A DNA stretch of 64,000 nucleotides from Candidatus Bathyarchaeota archaeon. GTDB taxonomy: Archaea > Thermoproteota > Bathyarchaeia > Bathyarchaeales > Bathycorpusculaceae. Of this stretch, positions 50,035 to 60,582 are shown piece by piece. The notes below the pieces were generated by a model. That model saw only the letters and a program-made list of their open reading frames with translations, had not been told where the DNA came from and made no database searches. Positions within the stretch are counted from its first letter, which is position 1. The number at the start of each line of letters is the position of its first letter. The stretch covers positions 32,001 through 96,000 of the forward strand of contig CAWGZR010000006.1 of assembly GCA_963827165.1 (NCBI GenBank), read 5' to 3'. Both the position numbers and the translations under genes were made by a program.

Positions 50035-50919
50035 TCATGATTGTTTCCAAAAAGTGTCAATGTATTCTTTTAAAGCGTCTTCCCAATGTCTGGTCGAATC
50101 TAGCCCAAGCAATTCAAGCTTGTAGTTCCTAGACATTTCAGACCTAGCTCTAGGTGCAGGTAAAGGGAAATACGCCGAGCTAACAGGTTCTATTGCTACA
50201 TCTTTTCTTCCCATGAACTCAACAATTTTCTTTGCAACATCAAACCTCGATCCAACACCTTTGTTCGTACAATGGTAGAGTCCATAGAAACCAGTTTCAA
50301 TCAGGTCAGCCATGCATCTACAAAAGTCATAAGTGTATGTGGGACTACCAATCTTATCATTGACCGCTTTCAGCGTCTTTGTTTCATTTATTTGCCTGAT
50401 GATTTTTCCAATAAACTTCTTATCCTTTTTCGGTCCGCCGCCGACCATCCAACCGGCGCGCATGATATAGAATTTTTGCAAAAGGATTTCCACAATTTTT
50501 TCGCCCTCAAGCTTGCTTCTGCCGTACACGTTAATTGGATTTGGTTCATCAAACTCAGTGTACGGTTCAGGTTTATCTCCCCAGAATACACCTAAGGTAC
50601 TAATGTATACCATCTCGACGTTCCGTTTTTGACATACCAAGGCAACATTCTGAGTGCCAATAGTATTAGTGAGAAAAGCGTGATCAGGTTCGACTTCGCA
50701 TCGGTCTACATCTGTTTCGGCTGCTAAGTGCATTACCATATTGGGCTCAACTTTTTCAACCATTTCTTTTATATCATTGAAATTTCGTACATCTAATTTT
50801 TTGCTTCCTTCGTTTGATGGAGCGAGATCAGTAGCTATAACAGTGTATCCTTTCTTCTTAAGCGTAGGGCATAATGCGCTACCGAGCATTCCATCAGCGC
50901 CGGTTATAAGTACTTTCAT
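50035..50919 (-). CDS. rfbD: dTDP-4-dehydrorhamnose reductase
   Basis: TGADGMLG, AAETDVD, YIST, YGRSKLEGE (YxxxK), GSPT. Confidence 0.92.
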   Translation of the reverse strand: MKVLITGADGMLGSALCPTLKKKGYTVIATDLAPSNEGSKKLDVRNFNDIKEMVEKVEPNMVMHLAAETDVDRCEVEPDHAFLTNTIGTQNVALVCQKRNVEMVYISTLGVFWGDKPEPYTEFDEPNPINVYGRSKLEGEKIVEILLQKFYIMRAGWMVGGGPKKDKKFIGKIIRQINETKTLKAVNDKIGSPTYTYDFCRCMADLIETGFYGLYHCTNKGVGSRFDVAKKIVEFMGRKDVAIEPVSSAYFPLPAPRARSEMSRNYKLELLGLDSTRHWEDALKEYIDTFWKQS

Positions 50920-51251
50920 TTTAGGTCACCATTAAATGTGTGTGAGTTTTCCTTCTCATACATGCTTTGATTAATACTCAAAACACCATTCATAGATAAC
51001 TCTTAAGCTTTTCTGGAAGAACTATGCAATACTCAATAGTTCAACAGAAATACTCTGATTGAAAAATCTAAATTCCAACAGCTTTGAGCGCGCACGTCCG
51101 CCGCACTTAATATTTCCCCACTATCGCAACATGGAATTAATCGTTTCGAAAATACACCAAATTTATGCTTTGAAAAGTAGACTCAACGTCTGCTAAACAC
51201 CTAAAATCCTTCGATTCGTACGCCTTAAGAAAATGACGTAATTTTTTCGGG

Positions 51252-51866
51252 TTATGCTCTGAGCACGGCTACTGTGGCAAAAGTGACTGTTAATCCTAGC
51301 AAACTGAGAGTAATGGGAACTATTCCAAGTCCGTATGAAGTATAATAAAAGACTAAGCCAACCATAGGAACAAGGGCTAGGCTTAAACCGAAACTTAGGG
51401 CTATTCGTACGATGATGTCTATGTCTTTGCTGCTGGTAGACAAAGGTAATTTTGAAGGAAAAAGCATTTTTATAAAGGCGAAACCGGGCAGAAACAATGT
51501 TAAAACTAAACCCAATATCGAGCGGACATACACAACTGGATACGCGTTATCTGGTACGGCTAACACCGATACTGCAGTTGCAAGTGCCAAAAAAACTGTA
51601 ATCCAATACCAAACTTTTTGTTTTGAGGAAAAATTGGCCGTGAGAGGTGAAGCAACCACTGTTTCGTTTTTGGCAAAGTTCACTTTATTTTCTCGCTCAA
51701 GTTGAATCAACACTTTGGTTAATTCTTTTTTGGACAAAGGGGTTTTTTCTTTAACAAGCTCGATTAATTGTTGAGTAGTTTCTGGCGACTGTTTTTCAAT
51801 AGTTTCAAGTATAATTTGTCTTGATAATTCTATTGCCTGATCACTATGAACTTGCGCTTCAGTCAT
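51252..51866 (-). CDS. DUF1616 N-terminal (membrane) half with extra wHTH-like N-terminus
   Basis: RSILGLVLTLFLPGFA..LFP...RIALSFGLSLALVPMVGL..YT..G...PI..SL. Confidence 0.8.
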   Translation of the reverse strand: MTEAQVHSDQAIELSRQIILETIEKQSPETTQQLIELVKEKTPLSKKELTKVLIQLERENKVNFAKNETVVASPLTANFSSKQKVWYWITVFLALATAVSVLAVPDNAYPVVYVRSILGLVLTLFLPGFAFIKMLFPSKLPLSTSSKDIDIIVRIALSFGLSLALVPMVGLVFYYTSYGLGIVPITLSLLGLTVTFATVAVLRA

Positions 51867-52235
51867 CGCGAGACCGCCTTCAAAAGCCTAGTTTTTCTAA
51901 ATTTAAGCACGGACAATACACCAATTACATCGATTGACAATTTATAAAAATAATTTGCCGCACCTACGAAAAATAGTAAAAGATTCCATTTGCACTATAC
52001 GAAAGACCAACAAAACCCAGATTTAGCAAGCAACGACCCCGGAATAAAGAAAAAAAGAGTCACAAAAAAAGCATTTCAATAATTCGGAAAAGAATCTTCA
52101 ACGAGTTTTCTCTGCATCGAGTTTGCATTCAAACATATTCTTCGGATCTGCACACATTGAACTAAGATATGAATAAAGATGAACCGTCAACATAGATTAT
52201 TTCAAGTGCTATATCTTCCAGAAAAACAACGATTT

Positions 52236-53751
52236 CTAAAGCGGTTCTACATCTAATGTTTCTTCGTTACTGCCTACTCGCACGTTTTTGAGAAGATACA
52301 TAAGCTTATTTGAGAGTTCTCGGGAAACAGGAAGCGGTTTCTTGCCGAATTGGGAGATTTGTCTGAAAGTCTCAACTTTCCAGTAATTACGCATTATTTG
52401 TTTTCCCATGGTTGAAATCTGGTATGCACTCAACCATTTGGATCGCATCACAACAGTTTCCGATGTATAATTGGACCAATCATTACTTACAATTAGCTTT
52501 TGTTCCTGCGCTATTCTGCTAAGGCTTGTTCCCGGGTAAGGAGTTAAGTAACTCCAGTGAACTCTATCAGGAGCTAATTCTTCCACAAAACAAGCGGTCT
52601 TTCTCATGCTTTCAATAGTTTCACTAGGCCAACCAAAAACTATGTGACCCACCGAGCTTATTTTAAATTCTTTTGTTAAATTGAAAGCTTTTCGGGTGAT
52701 ATCCAGATTAGATTTAGGTTTTGCAACACTGATAAGACTTTCGTCACCCGTTTCCACACCAAGTTGAATAGATTTACATCCAGCTTTTTTCATCTTCTCA
52801 AGAATGGCTCGATTGAGGTTATCGAGGCGCGCTTCACAAAACCAGGGCAATTCAATTTTTCTCTCAATTATCATATCACATATTTTGGCAGCACGTTTTT
52901 CAAAGATTGGAAAAGATTGATCTCTGAACATGAATCCTTCAACATTTCGTGAAGACAGATATTCAATTTCACCTACAATGTCTTCAGATGAACGCCCTTC
53001 CCACTGGTTTCCGAAGCCTATCGGATAAGGACAGTAATAGCACATTGATGCGCATCCAATAGCGCCTACAATTGGTATGTAGCTGTAACGAATTCCATCT
53101 GTGTCCTTGAATCGTTCGTACCCATTCAAATCCAACTCTTCATACCGTGGAAACGGCAGACCAACGAGACTTTTAGTGCAGCCTCCAGTACTCGCAAAGA
53201 TTTGGCCACCTTTTAAGAAAGACACACAAGGAATATTGTCAAGTTCCGTTCCCTGTTCAAGGGCGTCGATGAGTTGATTAAGGTTAGCGACGTATGGATA
53301 TCTACTGGTTGACAATAAGTCAACTTTGCTTTTTCCAAGAATTTCCTGTTGTAGAACATGACATGAAGTCCCAACACAAACAAGGGTCGTACTTGGAAGG
53401 GCGTCTTTGATTGCGTTAAGGAGAGTCAGGTCTCCTCGCAGCGAAGGAAGCCCTATTTGAGAGATAATAAGGTTAGGATTCTTTTTCTCTACGATTTGAA
53501 GAGTTCCTTGTTGGTTCAGCTTGGATTTTTGTCCATCCAATATGCTGAACTCGCAATTTCGTTGATGTAAAATTGATGAGGCGTAAGCCTAGAAATGGAT
53601 AAAAGAATGGGTCACCGCTCTGGCCATACCCTTTCCTGTTGTTCGGTATTGCTGTACCAAAACCACCTGCCCAGTCTCGACACACGTCCATATGAGAAGG
53701 ACTGGGAGGATTCAATAACATGACCTTAAGCTCTTTTTTCAAATATATCAC
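52236..53751 (-). pseudogene. Cobalamin-binding radical SAM protein split by a 1-nt frameshift (ORFs 53473-53751 and 52236-53540)
   Basis: N-terminal LLNPP, GCASMCYYC, GVETG, TPYPGT. Removing one base near 53588 gives YPFLAYASSILHQRNCEFSILDGQ. May be a sequencing error. Confidence 0.85.
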
Positions 53752-53803
53752 TTCACGTTGAGGATATTTTTAACAGTGATCAGACCCTTCATTGATATCG
53801 TTT

Positions 53804-54709
53804 CTATTGTTTTGTCTCTTTTGATGTCAAGGTTTTAACGGGATGAAATATGCCTGCTTTTTCATTAGAGCAGATGTCTTCTTCGGACCAAATCGGTCGA
53901 TATCTGAAGAATGGAAAGTTCAGCTTACTGACTTTGAATCCGAGATTAGTCAGAACAGTTGGAAGTCTCATTTCAGATTGGCAATAAAATTCTGCAGAGG
54001 ATGTTTGGTCGAGTTCTCTAAGTTTTTCAAGGACGCTGCGCGAGAGCAGGTTTCCAGAGAAAATGCTGCGGTAAAGGTTTGTTGATAGCCTCCTTCGTTT
54101 TAACCATCTTTTCATAACCTGGCTGCATTTCGGAGGAAAGTTGTAAAAATACCAGTTGGGAGTTGCTTCGCTGTAGTCGACAAAACATGCGTCGTAGGAT
54201 TTTGCGTAGTTTCCATATATTTCTTCTAGTGGTTTGGTTGTGAAGATATCGAACTCGTAGAAAATCAAATAGTCAAAGTCAAGTTGCTTTCCTAAAGTGT
54301 TAAACCACCGCATAATTACGTAATCTAAGTTCCAGAGCAATAGAGGAGTGTAGTCGGCGTACAAGGTTTGAGGGCACTCTTGCTTGGTCTTATAATGTAA
54401 TTCAATCTGCTTGTTGTGTCCAGTAAGATTGACCACTTTTTCGTTGATTATATTGGATAATTTGAAAACGCCTGGCGCCCCTAAGACCATGGAATTGATT
54501 GAGTGCGCGACTGGCCCAATTAGTCGTAAACTTCCCGTTGAGCCAAACATGTTCTCATCAACAATCATAGGCAAATACAGTAGCTGTCGTGTTCCAACCG
54601 CCGGAATAAACAGGACATCGGGGTTCATAACACGGAGCCTTCGCAATCGCAACATTGCCATTGTGGATTGTGATTCAGAAAACAGGTAAAAAGCAGCAAA
54701 TTTGCCCAC
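53804..54709 (-). CDS. Hypothetical protein (possible GT-A-like)
   Basis: 301-aa ORF with FDYLIFYEFD, SE..LPT and terminal FHPVK, within the glycan cluster. Confidence 0.65.
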   Translation of the reverse strand: MGKFAAFYLFSESQSTMAMLRLRRLRVMNPDVLFIPAVGTRQLLYLPMIVDENMFGSTGSLRLIGPVAHSINSMVLGAPGVFKLSNIINEKVVNLTGHNKQIELHYKTKQECPQTLYADYTPLLLWNLDYVIMRWFNTLGKQLDFDYLIFYEFDIFTTKPLEEIYGNYAKSYDACFVDYSEATPNWYFYNFPPKCSQVMKRWLKRRRLSTNLYRSIFSGNLLSRSVLEKLRELDQTSSAEFYCQSEMRLPTVLTNLGFKVSKLNFPFFRYRPIWSEEDICSNEKAGIFHPVKTLTSKETKQ

Positions 54710-54813
54710 TTATAATCAACTTCCCAAATTAATGTTTTCAATTCGAGATCAGAATAATTGCGATTGAGCTCTGAAAATCCAAATGTGAGAGGACAGTAAT
54801 ATCAAAATACTAA

Positions 54814-55413
54814 TCAAACGGTTTGAGTTAGGTTCAGCTGAAGGCTAACGTAGCGATTGTTGTATTGAATTGTATTGGTCTGTGCATTGTAAATCCACAG
54901 CTCGAACAAAAGCTGATATGGGAACATGGTACTATTTGAGTCCCATGCAGCGGGCTTGTTTATGGTAAATGCAACATCGTTTATCGTTAAAACGTTAACA
55001 AGAGCTTGGTTTTCAGAAAACGTGGCTGAAGAGACCGAAAAATTCATCAAGCTCTCCCAGTTGTCGCCATTATGAAGAAAAAACGCGTACTCATACAGTG
55101 GCGAAACTGAACTTGGAGTTCCTGTCGCCGGATTTGGGTAAAGATCGGTTTGATTTTTCAACTTTACATACAATACGTAGTAGGCCGACGAACCCAACTG
55201 ATTTGTGACGCCAACGTATAAGGAATTGTTGTGGCCAACGGCAATATTGAACGGGTAATTCTCCATAGTATGTCCTGGTCCCAAAAGAGACAACTCGGAA
55301 AATTTCTCGCCCTCAGGAATGGGTATAACAATGCTGAGGGCAGGGGTGGCAATGAGTAAAACTCCAATTAAACCCATCACAACAAAAATGAGTTTATACT
55401 CTCCAATCTTCAT
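54814..55413 (-). CDS. DUF1616 C-terminal (extracellular) half
   Basis: TM then P.GEKFSELSLLGP.....YP.....G....YVGV.N......Y. Confidence 0.8.
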   Translation of the reverse strand: MKIGEYKLIFVVMGLIGVLLIATPALSIVIPIPEGEKFSELSLLGPGHTMENYPFNIAVGHNNSLYVGVTNQLGSSAYYVLYVKLKNQTDLYPNPATGTPSSVSPLYEYAFFLHNGDNWESLMNFSVSSATFSENQALVNVLTINDVAFTINKPAAWDSNSTMFPYQLLFELWIYNAQTNTIQYNNRYVSLQLNLTQTV

Positions 55414-55892
55414 TAGCGATGCACCTCGGGTTTTGCTTCCAATAAGCTCTTAAGGTATCTCTGCTTTAGCCTGCGCCAAACTAAAAACAGCACCAAAACG
55501 AATACTATTGCACCAATGACTGTAAATACTATAATACGCCAGAAAGCATTTTTACCGGAAACCGAAGCAGTTTGCGTGGCATCTTGGGCGGAAACGGTGA
55601 CTTCTTGGGCAATCGGGAGTACGCTTTCTGCCTTGGTTGCCGCTGCATTGGAATCACCAGCCCTATAAGAATTTTCTGCTTGAACCAAGTCGCCCGCTGC
55701 AACATTCAGTTGAGCAAGTAATCCAGTAACGTTTGCACCCGCGTTTTCAGCACCCAGAACAGCATTGAAAGCCTGCTCAAGAGCAGTATTAGCCGCCTGC
55801 AACTTCGACGCAGTTTGATCACTTTGCGCAAAAACACAGTGCCTACCGTAGAGACAAGAGCTAAACGCCAAGAACACAAACAGGACAATCAT
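55413..55892 (-). CDS. Hypothetical secreted helical protein with C-terminal TM
   Basis: Signal peptide, AE.AGANVT.L...LN.A helical motif, TM with basic tail; overlaps the next start. Confidence 0.75.
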   Translation of the reverse strand: MIVLFVFLAFSSCLYGRHCVFAQSDQTASKLQAANTALEQAFNAVLGAENAGANVTGLLAQLNVAAGDLVQAENSYRAGDSNAAATKAESVLPIAQEVTVSAQDATQTASVSGKNAFWRIIVFTVIGAIVFVLVLFLVWRRLKQRYLKSLLEAKPEVHR

Positions 55893-56225
55893 AAAAAGTT
55901 TACAATTGGCGTTAATTTGTTGCCGCCTCCAAACTAAATGCCACTTTAAGCCAAGGTTATTTTTGCGTCCAAGTATAGGCAGAGTCTTTAGAGGGATTCA
56001 AGTTTGTCGTTAATTTTTTAGGGCGATTATATCCGTCTATCGGCCATAAACAAGTTTTTCTTGTGCCAAGAATTCTTGATAGTTGTAGTCACTTCGTAAG
56101 TGTAACCGTTAAATGCGAGAGCGATTACTCCACTTCTAACGCTGGCCGAGATTTGAGAGAATTTTGGAACTTTGGTTACTTGGACACTATTTTGGTTGGA
56201 TAGCACCGGCATTTGTAGCTGACCA

Positions 56226-56861
56226 CTAGCTTATTTGTGAAAGTCTGTCAACGTATCTTATTACTTCGTAAGCCTCAGCTGCGTGAAGGTTAACTTGGCT
56301 TCCTCGGAAAGCGGATAGATTTACCATTGATTCGTAGTTAAGATACCTTTTTGATTTCTGAGTAAGATGACATTGTAGCGCTTCCCATTTAAACTGAATA
56401 AAATCTGATATATCTACAAAATAGTTTGGAGCGAAGTGCCCCATAACTCTAGGAGTCTCATATGCAAGTAACTTTGAAACATTTCTGAATGCAGATAAAG
56501 ATAGCCAAGCTATTTGGCGATGGTCCTGATGAGTATCATTGGTTGTATGAGTTAAAACTGTGTCTGGTTTGTATTTGTCATAAAAGTCCTCTAAAAATTT
56601 GATTGCCTCATGCGAATTAGGAATTTCGGTATCTTTAAAGTCCCCGAAAAAAACATCTTTTACACCAAGAATTGATAGGGCTTTTTTGCTTTCGCACATT
56701 CGTACCTTGGGATCGCCGCTTTTTTCGCCTTTCGTCAAATAGACTGCAATTACTTTTTTTCCTGTAGCCGAAGCAGCACTTATGGTTCCTCCACAGCCTA
56801 GTTCGATATCGTCAGGATGGGCGCCTACCGCAATCAAGACATTCGATCTTAAGACCACCAT
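56226..56861 (-). CDS. PIG-L/LmbE family deacetylase
   Basis: GAHPDD.E.GCGG, T.GE, HQDH motifs. Confidence 0.93.
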   Translation of the reverse strand: MVVLRSNVLIAVGAHPDDIELGCGGTISAASATGKKVIAVYLTKGEKSGDPKVRMCESKKALSILGVKDVFFGDFKDTEIPNSHEAIKFLEDFYDKYKPDTVLTHTTNDTHQDHRQIAWLSLSAFRNVSKLLAYETPRVMGHFAPNYFVDISDFIQFKWEALQCHLTQKSKRYLNYESMVNLSAFRGSQVNLHAAEAYEVIRYVDRLSQIS

Positions 56862-57027
56862 TCAACACCTCAGAATATTTTCACTCAATAGTTTATATAT
56901 GATTCCTTTGATACTGCAAGTAAATTTCCTTATCTGATAGATATTTCACTTGTTCATAAAAAGTCATTTTGAACTTTAAATTAACAATTGTTAACAATAC
57001 TGGAAAGCACGAGCGGGTAATTCTGTG

Positions 57028-57741
57028 TCAGTTTCCTTTGATATTTGTTTCAGAAGTCCTCTGGGGCACCCAGTCTTCTCCTCCGTGACAAAAAAGATAA
57101 TCAACTATAGAAAGATTGGGCACAAAGGTTCCATATAATTGGGTGTAGACGGGATAATGAAAGTCTTGAAAGACCACTTTGATTCCTGCGTTCTCCAAAA
57201 GGGGGATGTCTAAGTAGACTCGCCCACCAATTCCTGAAAGATAAGTGTCAGCTCCAACTGCTTTACATTGGGATAGAATCATATCAGATGATTTTCCCGA
57301 AACATTTAATGTTGAAGCCATTACTAATGAAGTCTTTATCCTAAGAAAATTCATTATGCCCTTTATGAGGTGCAGGTTTAGCTCCATAAGAGATTCCCAC
57401 TTTTGGCGATAAGCCTGCTCGAAAAAATCGCAATATTGCTTCCAATAAGGCGCCGCCTCATAGTTTAATTCAAGAACCCGCCAGTGGTGCAATCCCCACT
57501 CCGACTCTAAGCGTTTAGCAATTCTAATTTCCTTAATTGGCAAGGTCTCGCCTACATGTTCGATTGGAACGCTCAACCATGTAGCGCCTTTGACCGTTTT
57601 TATTTGATTTCTATTTTGAAAATCGTGTCTTTCGTATTGAACATCATCTTGAATTACAAAGATGTCACATTGAGACATTTTATCAAAAAAACCGAGATAC
57701 GGCAAATAGTTTGGTTGATGCCCAGATGTAATCATTTTCAT
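57028..57741 (-). CDS. WbqC family protein
   Basis: HQPNYLPY.GFF.K, DDVQY...QNRN.I, YLSG.GG..Y, LSI.DYLF. Confidence 0.93.
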   Translation of the reverse strand: MKMITSGHQPNYLPYLGFFDKMSQCDIFVIQDDVQYERHDFQNRNQIKTVKGATWLSVPIEHVGETLPIKEIRIAKRLESEWGLHHWRVLELNYEAAPYWKQYCDFFEQAYRQKWESLMELNLHLIKGIMNFLRIKTSLVMASTLNVSGKSSDMILSQCKAVGADTYLSGIGGRVYLDIPLLENAGIKVVFQDFHYPVYTQLYGTFVPNLSIVDYLFCHGGEDWVPQRTSETNIKGN

Positions 57742-57778
57742 TACTTCCTTCTCAAGGGAACCGCAGAAAAAGAGGTGG

Positions 57779-58918
57779 TTACTTTGTTTTTGAGGCTTTA
57801 ATGCAATTGTCAAGAGCCTTAGTTATGTGGGGTACGCTTTCTTTGGCTATCGCGACGTGCAATGGCAAGCAGATTACTCTTGGCAAAACATCCTCTGCAA
57901 CTGGGAACATGCCTTCGCTGGTTCCAAAGTTTTCTCTGTAATAGGGGTGAAGGTGAACTGGTGGATAGTAGAGATGCCCTGTTTCAATGTTGTATTCTTC
58001 TCTCAGCATCTTGCTGACTTTTTCTACGTTGATACCTTTGTTAAGCTTTACGGTGTATTTGTAGTAGCTATGCCTTATCCCAGATGGTTCCATGATTGGA
58101 GAAACACCATCCACTTTATGCAAACATTCATTATAAATCTGAGCAAGTTCATTTCGGCGAGTAACAAAAAACTCCAAATTCTCCAATTGATGTTCGCCAA
58201 GTATAGCATTGATCTCACTCGTGCACCAATTGTGGCCAAAGGTCACCATGAGTGATTGCGAGTTCTGGCCATGATTTCGCATCATGCGAGCAGCTTCCGC
58301 TAAACCAGAATTATCGGTAGTTATCATTCCACCTTCACCCGTAGTCATTATCTTTGTTGGATAAAATGAGAAACAACCTGCATCGCTCAAAGCACCAGCT
58401 TTTAGACCATCAATCATAGCGCCATGCGCGTGAGCACAATCTTCGATAAGAAACAAGCCGTGATCTTTACATAATTTGGAAAGCTGATGGATTTGGGGAC
58501 ACACTAAGCCAGCTATATGAACTACGATAACTCCAACGGTTTTTGGCGAAATTCGACGTTCAATGTCGACTGGATCGATGCATAATGTGTCTTCTCGCAT
58601 GTCTGCAAAGACTGGCTTTCCTCCAGCGAACAAAACTGAGTTAGCAGTAGCTATGAAAGTGTTGGCGGGGACTATAACTTCAGCGTTTTTTACACCGAAA
58701 TATCGGAGGGCAATTTCAAGGTTTGAAGTGCCCGAATTAACAGCAACCGCATGTTTAGTTTGTATATAGTCAGCAAACTTTCGCTCAAATTCTTTAACAT
58801 GTGGTCCGTTTGTTAACAAGCCACTTCTCAGCGTTGACGCCATGTCAGATAGGATTTTTTGGATACTTTCTTCATCAAAAACAGGGAAAGCTGTTCGATA
58901 TACCGCATTTTCTTTCAT
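57779..58918 (-). CDS. DegT/DnrJ/EryC1/StrS family sugar aminotransferase
   Basis: NSGT, EDCAHAHG, SFYPTK (PLP lysine), GEGGM. Confidence 0.95.
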   Translation of the reverse strand: MKENAVYRTAFPVFDEESIQKILSDMASTLRSGLLTNGPHVKEFERKFADYIQTKHAVAVNSGTSNLEIALRYFGVKNAEVIVPANTFIATANSVLFAGGKPVFADMREDTLCIDPVDIERRISPKTVGVIVVHIAGLVCPQIHQLSKLCKDHGLFLIEDCAHAHGAMIDGLKAGALSDAGCFSFYPTKIMTTGEGGMITTDNSGLAEAARMMRNHGQNSQSLMVTFGHNWCTSEINAILGEHQLENLEFFVTRRNELAQIYNECLHKVDGVSPIMEPSGIRHSYYKYTVKLNKGINVEKVSKMLREEYNIETGHLYYPPVHLHPYYRENFGTSEGMFPVAEDVLPRVICLPLHVAIAKESVPHITKALDNCIKASKTK

Positions 58919-59431
58919 AATAAACTCCGACCATTATTTTGTAATTTTCATTGTGTAACATTATTTAATTTGAGTCTATATTATCAACAAACCATACTAA
59001 ATCGGCAGAACAAGCGTGATTTGTTCTGCAACAGAGATGTGATCTTCGATAGTCACATACTTATAAAAACATTAATCTTTGATAGATATAACTCTTATTC
59101 CGAAGAAGAATACCATCATTCTTAACAACAAACGTCAATAGCTAAAATTCTTATTGTGATAAAAGGTTTCCAATAATGAATCCCTCTTTGACAAGAGCAG
59201 ATAAGCAATGGCGCGCCTAATCAGTAAAGCGCACTCTTTATCACAACATCAAATACGTTCTGAATATTCCTTAATAAAACCTAGGTAACGAAATATAGGA
59301 CAGAACTGCTATAATTGTTGAAATCCAAATAGATCTGCTTCACTTGTCAGATTAAGTCTTAATTTTTGGGTTATCTGACGTAAATTCAGGGCACTTACAT
59401 TAAAATTGTCTTGCAACGCTAAGAATTACAT

Positions 59432-60133
59432 TTAATACTTTGTTTCTAAGATTATGCGCTTCAAAATTTCAGCGCCGTTTTTAACGCCAAGCTTTTTCTC
59501 GCCTAATCTTTCTCGATACCGAATTGGAATCTCCACAATGCCAAAACCCTCCCGCTCGACATAATGATTAAGCTCTACCTCAATATCAAAACCCTTAGAC
59601 TTAACCGTCCAGTTCCGAAGAATGCTCGCACGTACCACACGCAAACCCGTCAACGGATCAGCCAACTGGACCCCATTAAAAAAGTTGTGAGTAAACGCAA
59701 TAAGCTTATTCCCAAAATAAAAAACGTTATGCAACGCCTTACCATCAACATGACCGTTAAACCTATTACCACAAACCATGCCTATATCAGGATTCTCCTC
59801 TAGTACCTGAATCATCTCAGGAACGTATTCAGCTGGATAAGTGTAGTCTGCATCAGTAATAACAACATAATCAACCATTGAATCCAAGTTCTTAACTGCC
59901 TTCGCCAACGCATCTCCTTTACCCAATCCATCTTGAAAAAGAACGTCTGCACCCTGGTCCTTTGCTACCTCAACAGTTCGATCACTGCTTCTGCCGTCTA
60001 CTACTAGAACATGCGGATTATTGAGGGTGTCAAAAATCTCGGCTATGGTGAGCCCTATCCCCTCTTCTTCATTCAACGCAGCTATAATAATCTGCGTAGA
60101 CGACACATGCTCGCTTCCTTTCTGTCCTTGCAA
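59432..60133 (-). CDS. GT2 glycosyltransferase, dolichol-phosphate mannose synthase-like
   Basis: ALNEEEGI, VDG.S.D.T, GKG.A, DADYTYP, Y.ER.GEKKL. Confidence 0.92.
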   Translation of the reverse strand: MQGQKGSEHVSSTQIIIAALNEEEGIGLTIAEIFDTLNNPHVLVVDGRSSDRTVEVAKDQGADVLFQDGLGKGDALAKAVKNLDSMVDYVVITDADYTYPAEYVPEMIQVLEENPDIGMVCGNRFNGHVDGKALHNVFYFGNKLIAFTHNFFNGVQLADPLTGLRVVRASILRNWTVKSKGFDIEVELNHYVEREGFGIVEIPIRYRERLGEKKLGVKNGAEILKRIILETKY

Positions 60134-60252
60134 TATTTCATCTTCTTTTTAAATTAAACCGCCCAAAAGCAGTCGTTAAAATTAACAGTTCAACGGCTAT
60201 TTAAAGAAGTATAAAAAAAACCGGAATATATCAAGACTCAAGCCCTAAATCG

Positions 60253-60582
60253 TTAACAATCAATAGAACTAAGCTCACGTTTCTCACATAGGTGAGACAG
60301 CTGCTCACGCTCAGAACTCAAAGCTTCTAGCCGTTCCTGGGCAGTGGTACAGCGTTCACGAAATCCACTGTACCGTTGAAGAAACTCTTGGCCGCGGTCA
60401 GTTACATAATAGATAGAACAGTTTACTTGAATAAAACCGGCGTTAACTGCAATATCCAAATATTTCTCAAGAAGCTTAAAACTTAGTTTTGCTGCAAACA
60501 TTATGCGCGTCTTGTTCGTACCTGAATTGGCGGCTTCCAGCACGGATGCAACAATACCCAATCGATCGCGATTCTTAACCAA
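60253..60582 (-). CDS. Winged helix-turn-helix regulator (archaeal HTH_45-like)
   Basis: RDRL.I...L......KTRIM..A.LS......YL......Y.VTDRG.EFL. Confidence 0.85.
   Translation of the reverse strand: MVKNRDRLGIVASVLEAANSGTNKTRIMFAAKLSFKLLEKYLDIAVNAGFIQVNCSIYYVTDRGQEFLQRYSGFRERCTTAQERLEALSSEREQLSHLCEKRELSSIDC

Noticed and set aside
56027-56212. 61-aa ORF downstream of the PIG-L gene
   Set aside because: Operon-like position but no recognisable motif; not enough support to call.
60236-60252. caagccctaaatc matching the reverse complement of leader C
   Set aside because: Only 13 bp, no flanking similarity and no decamer array; may be chance.
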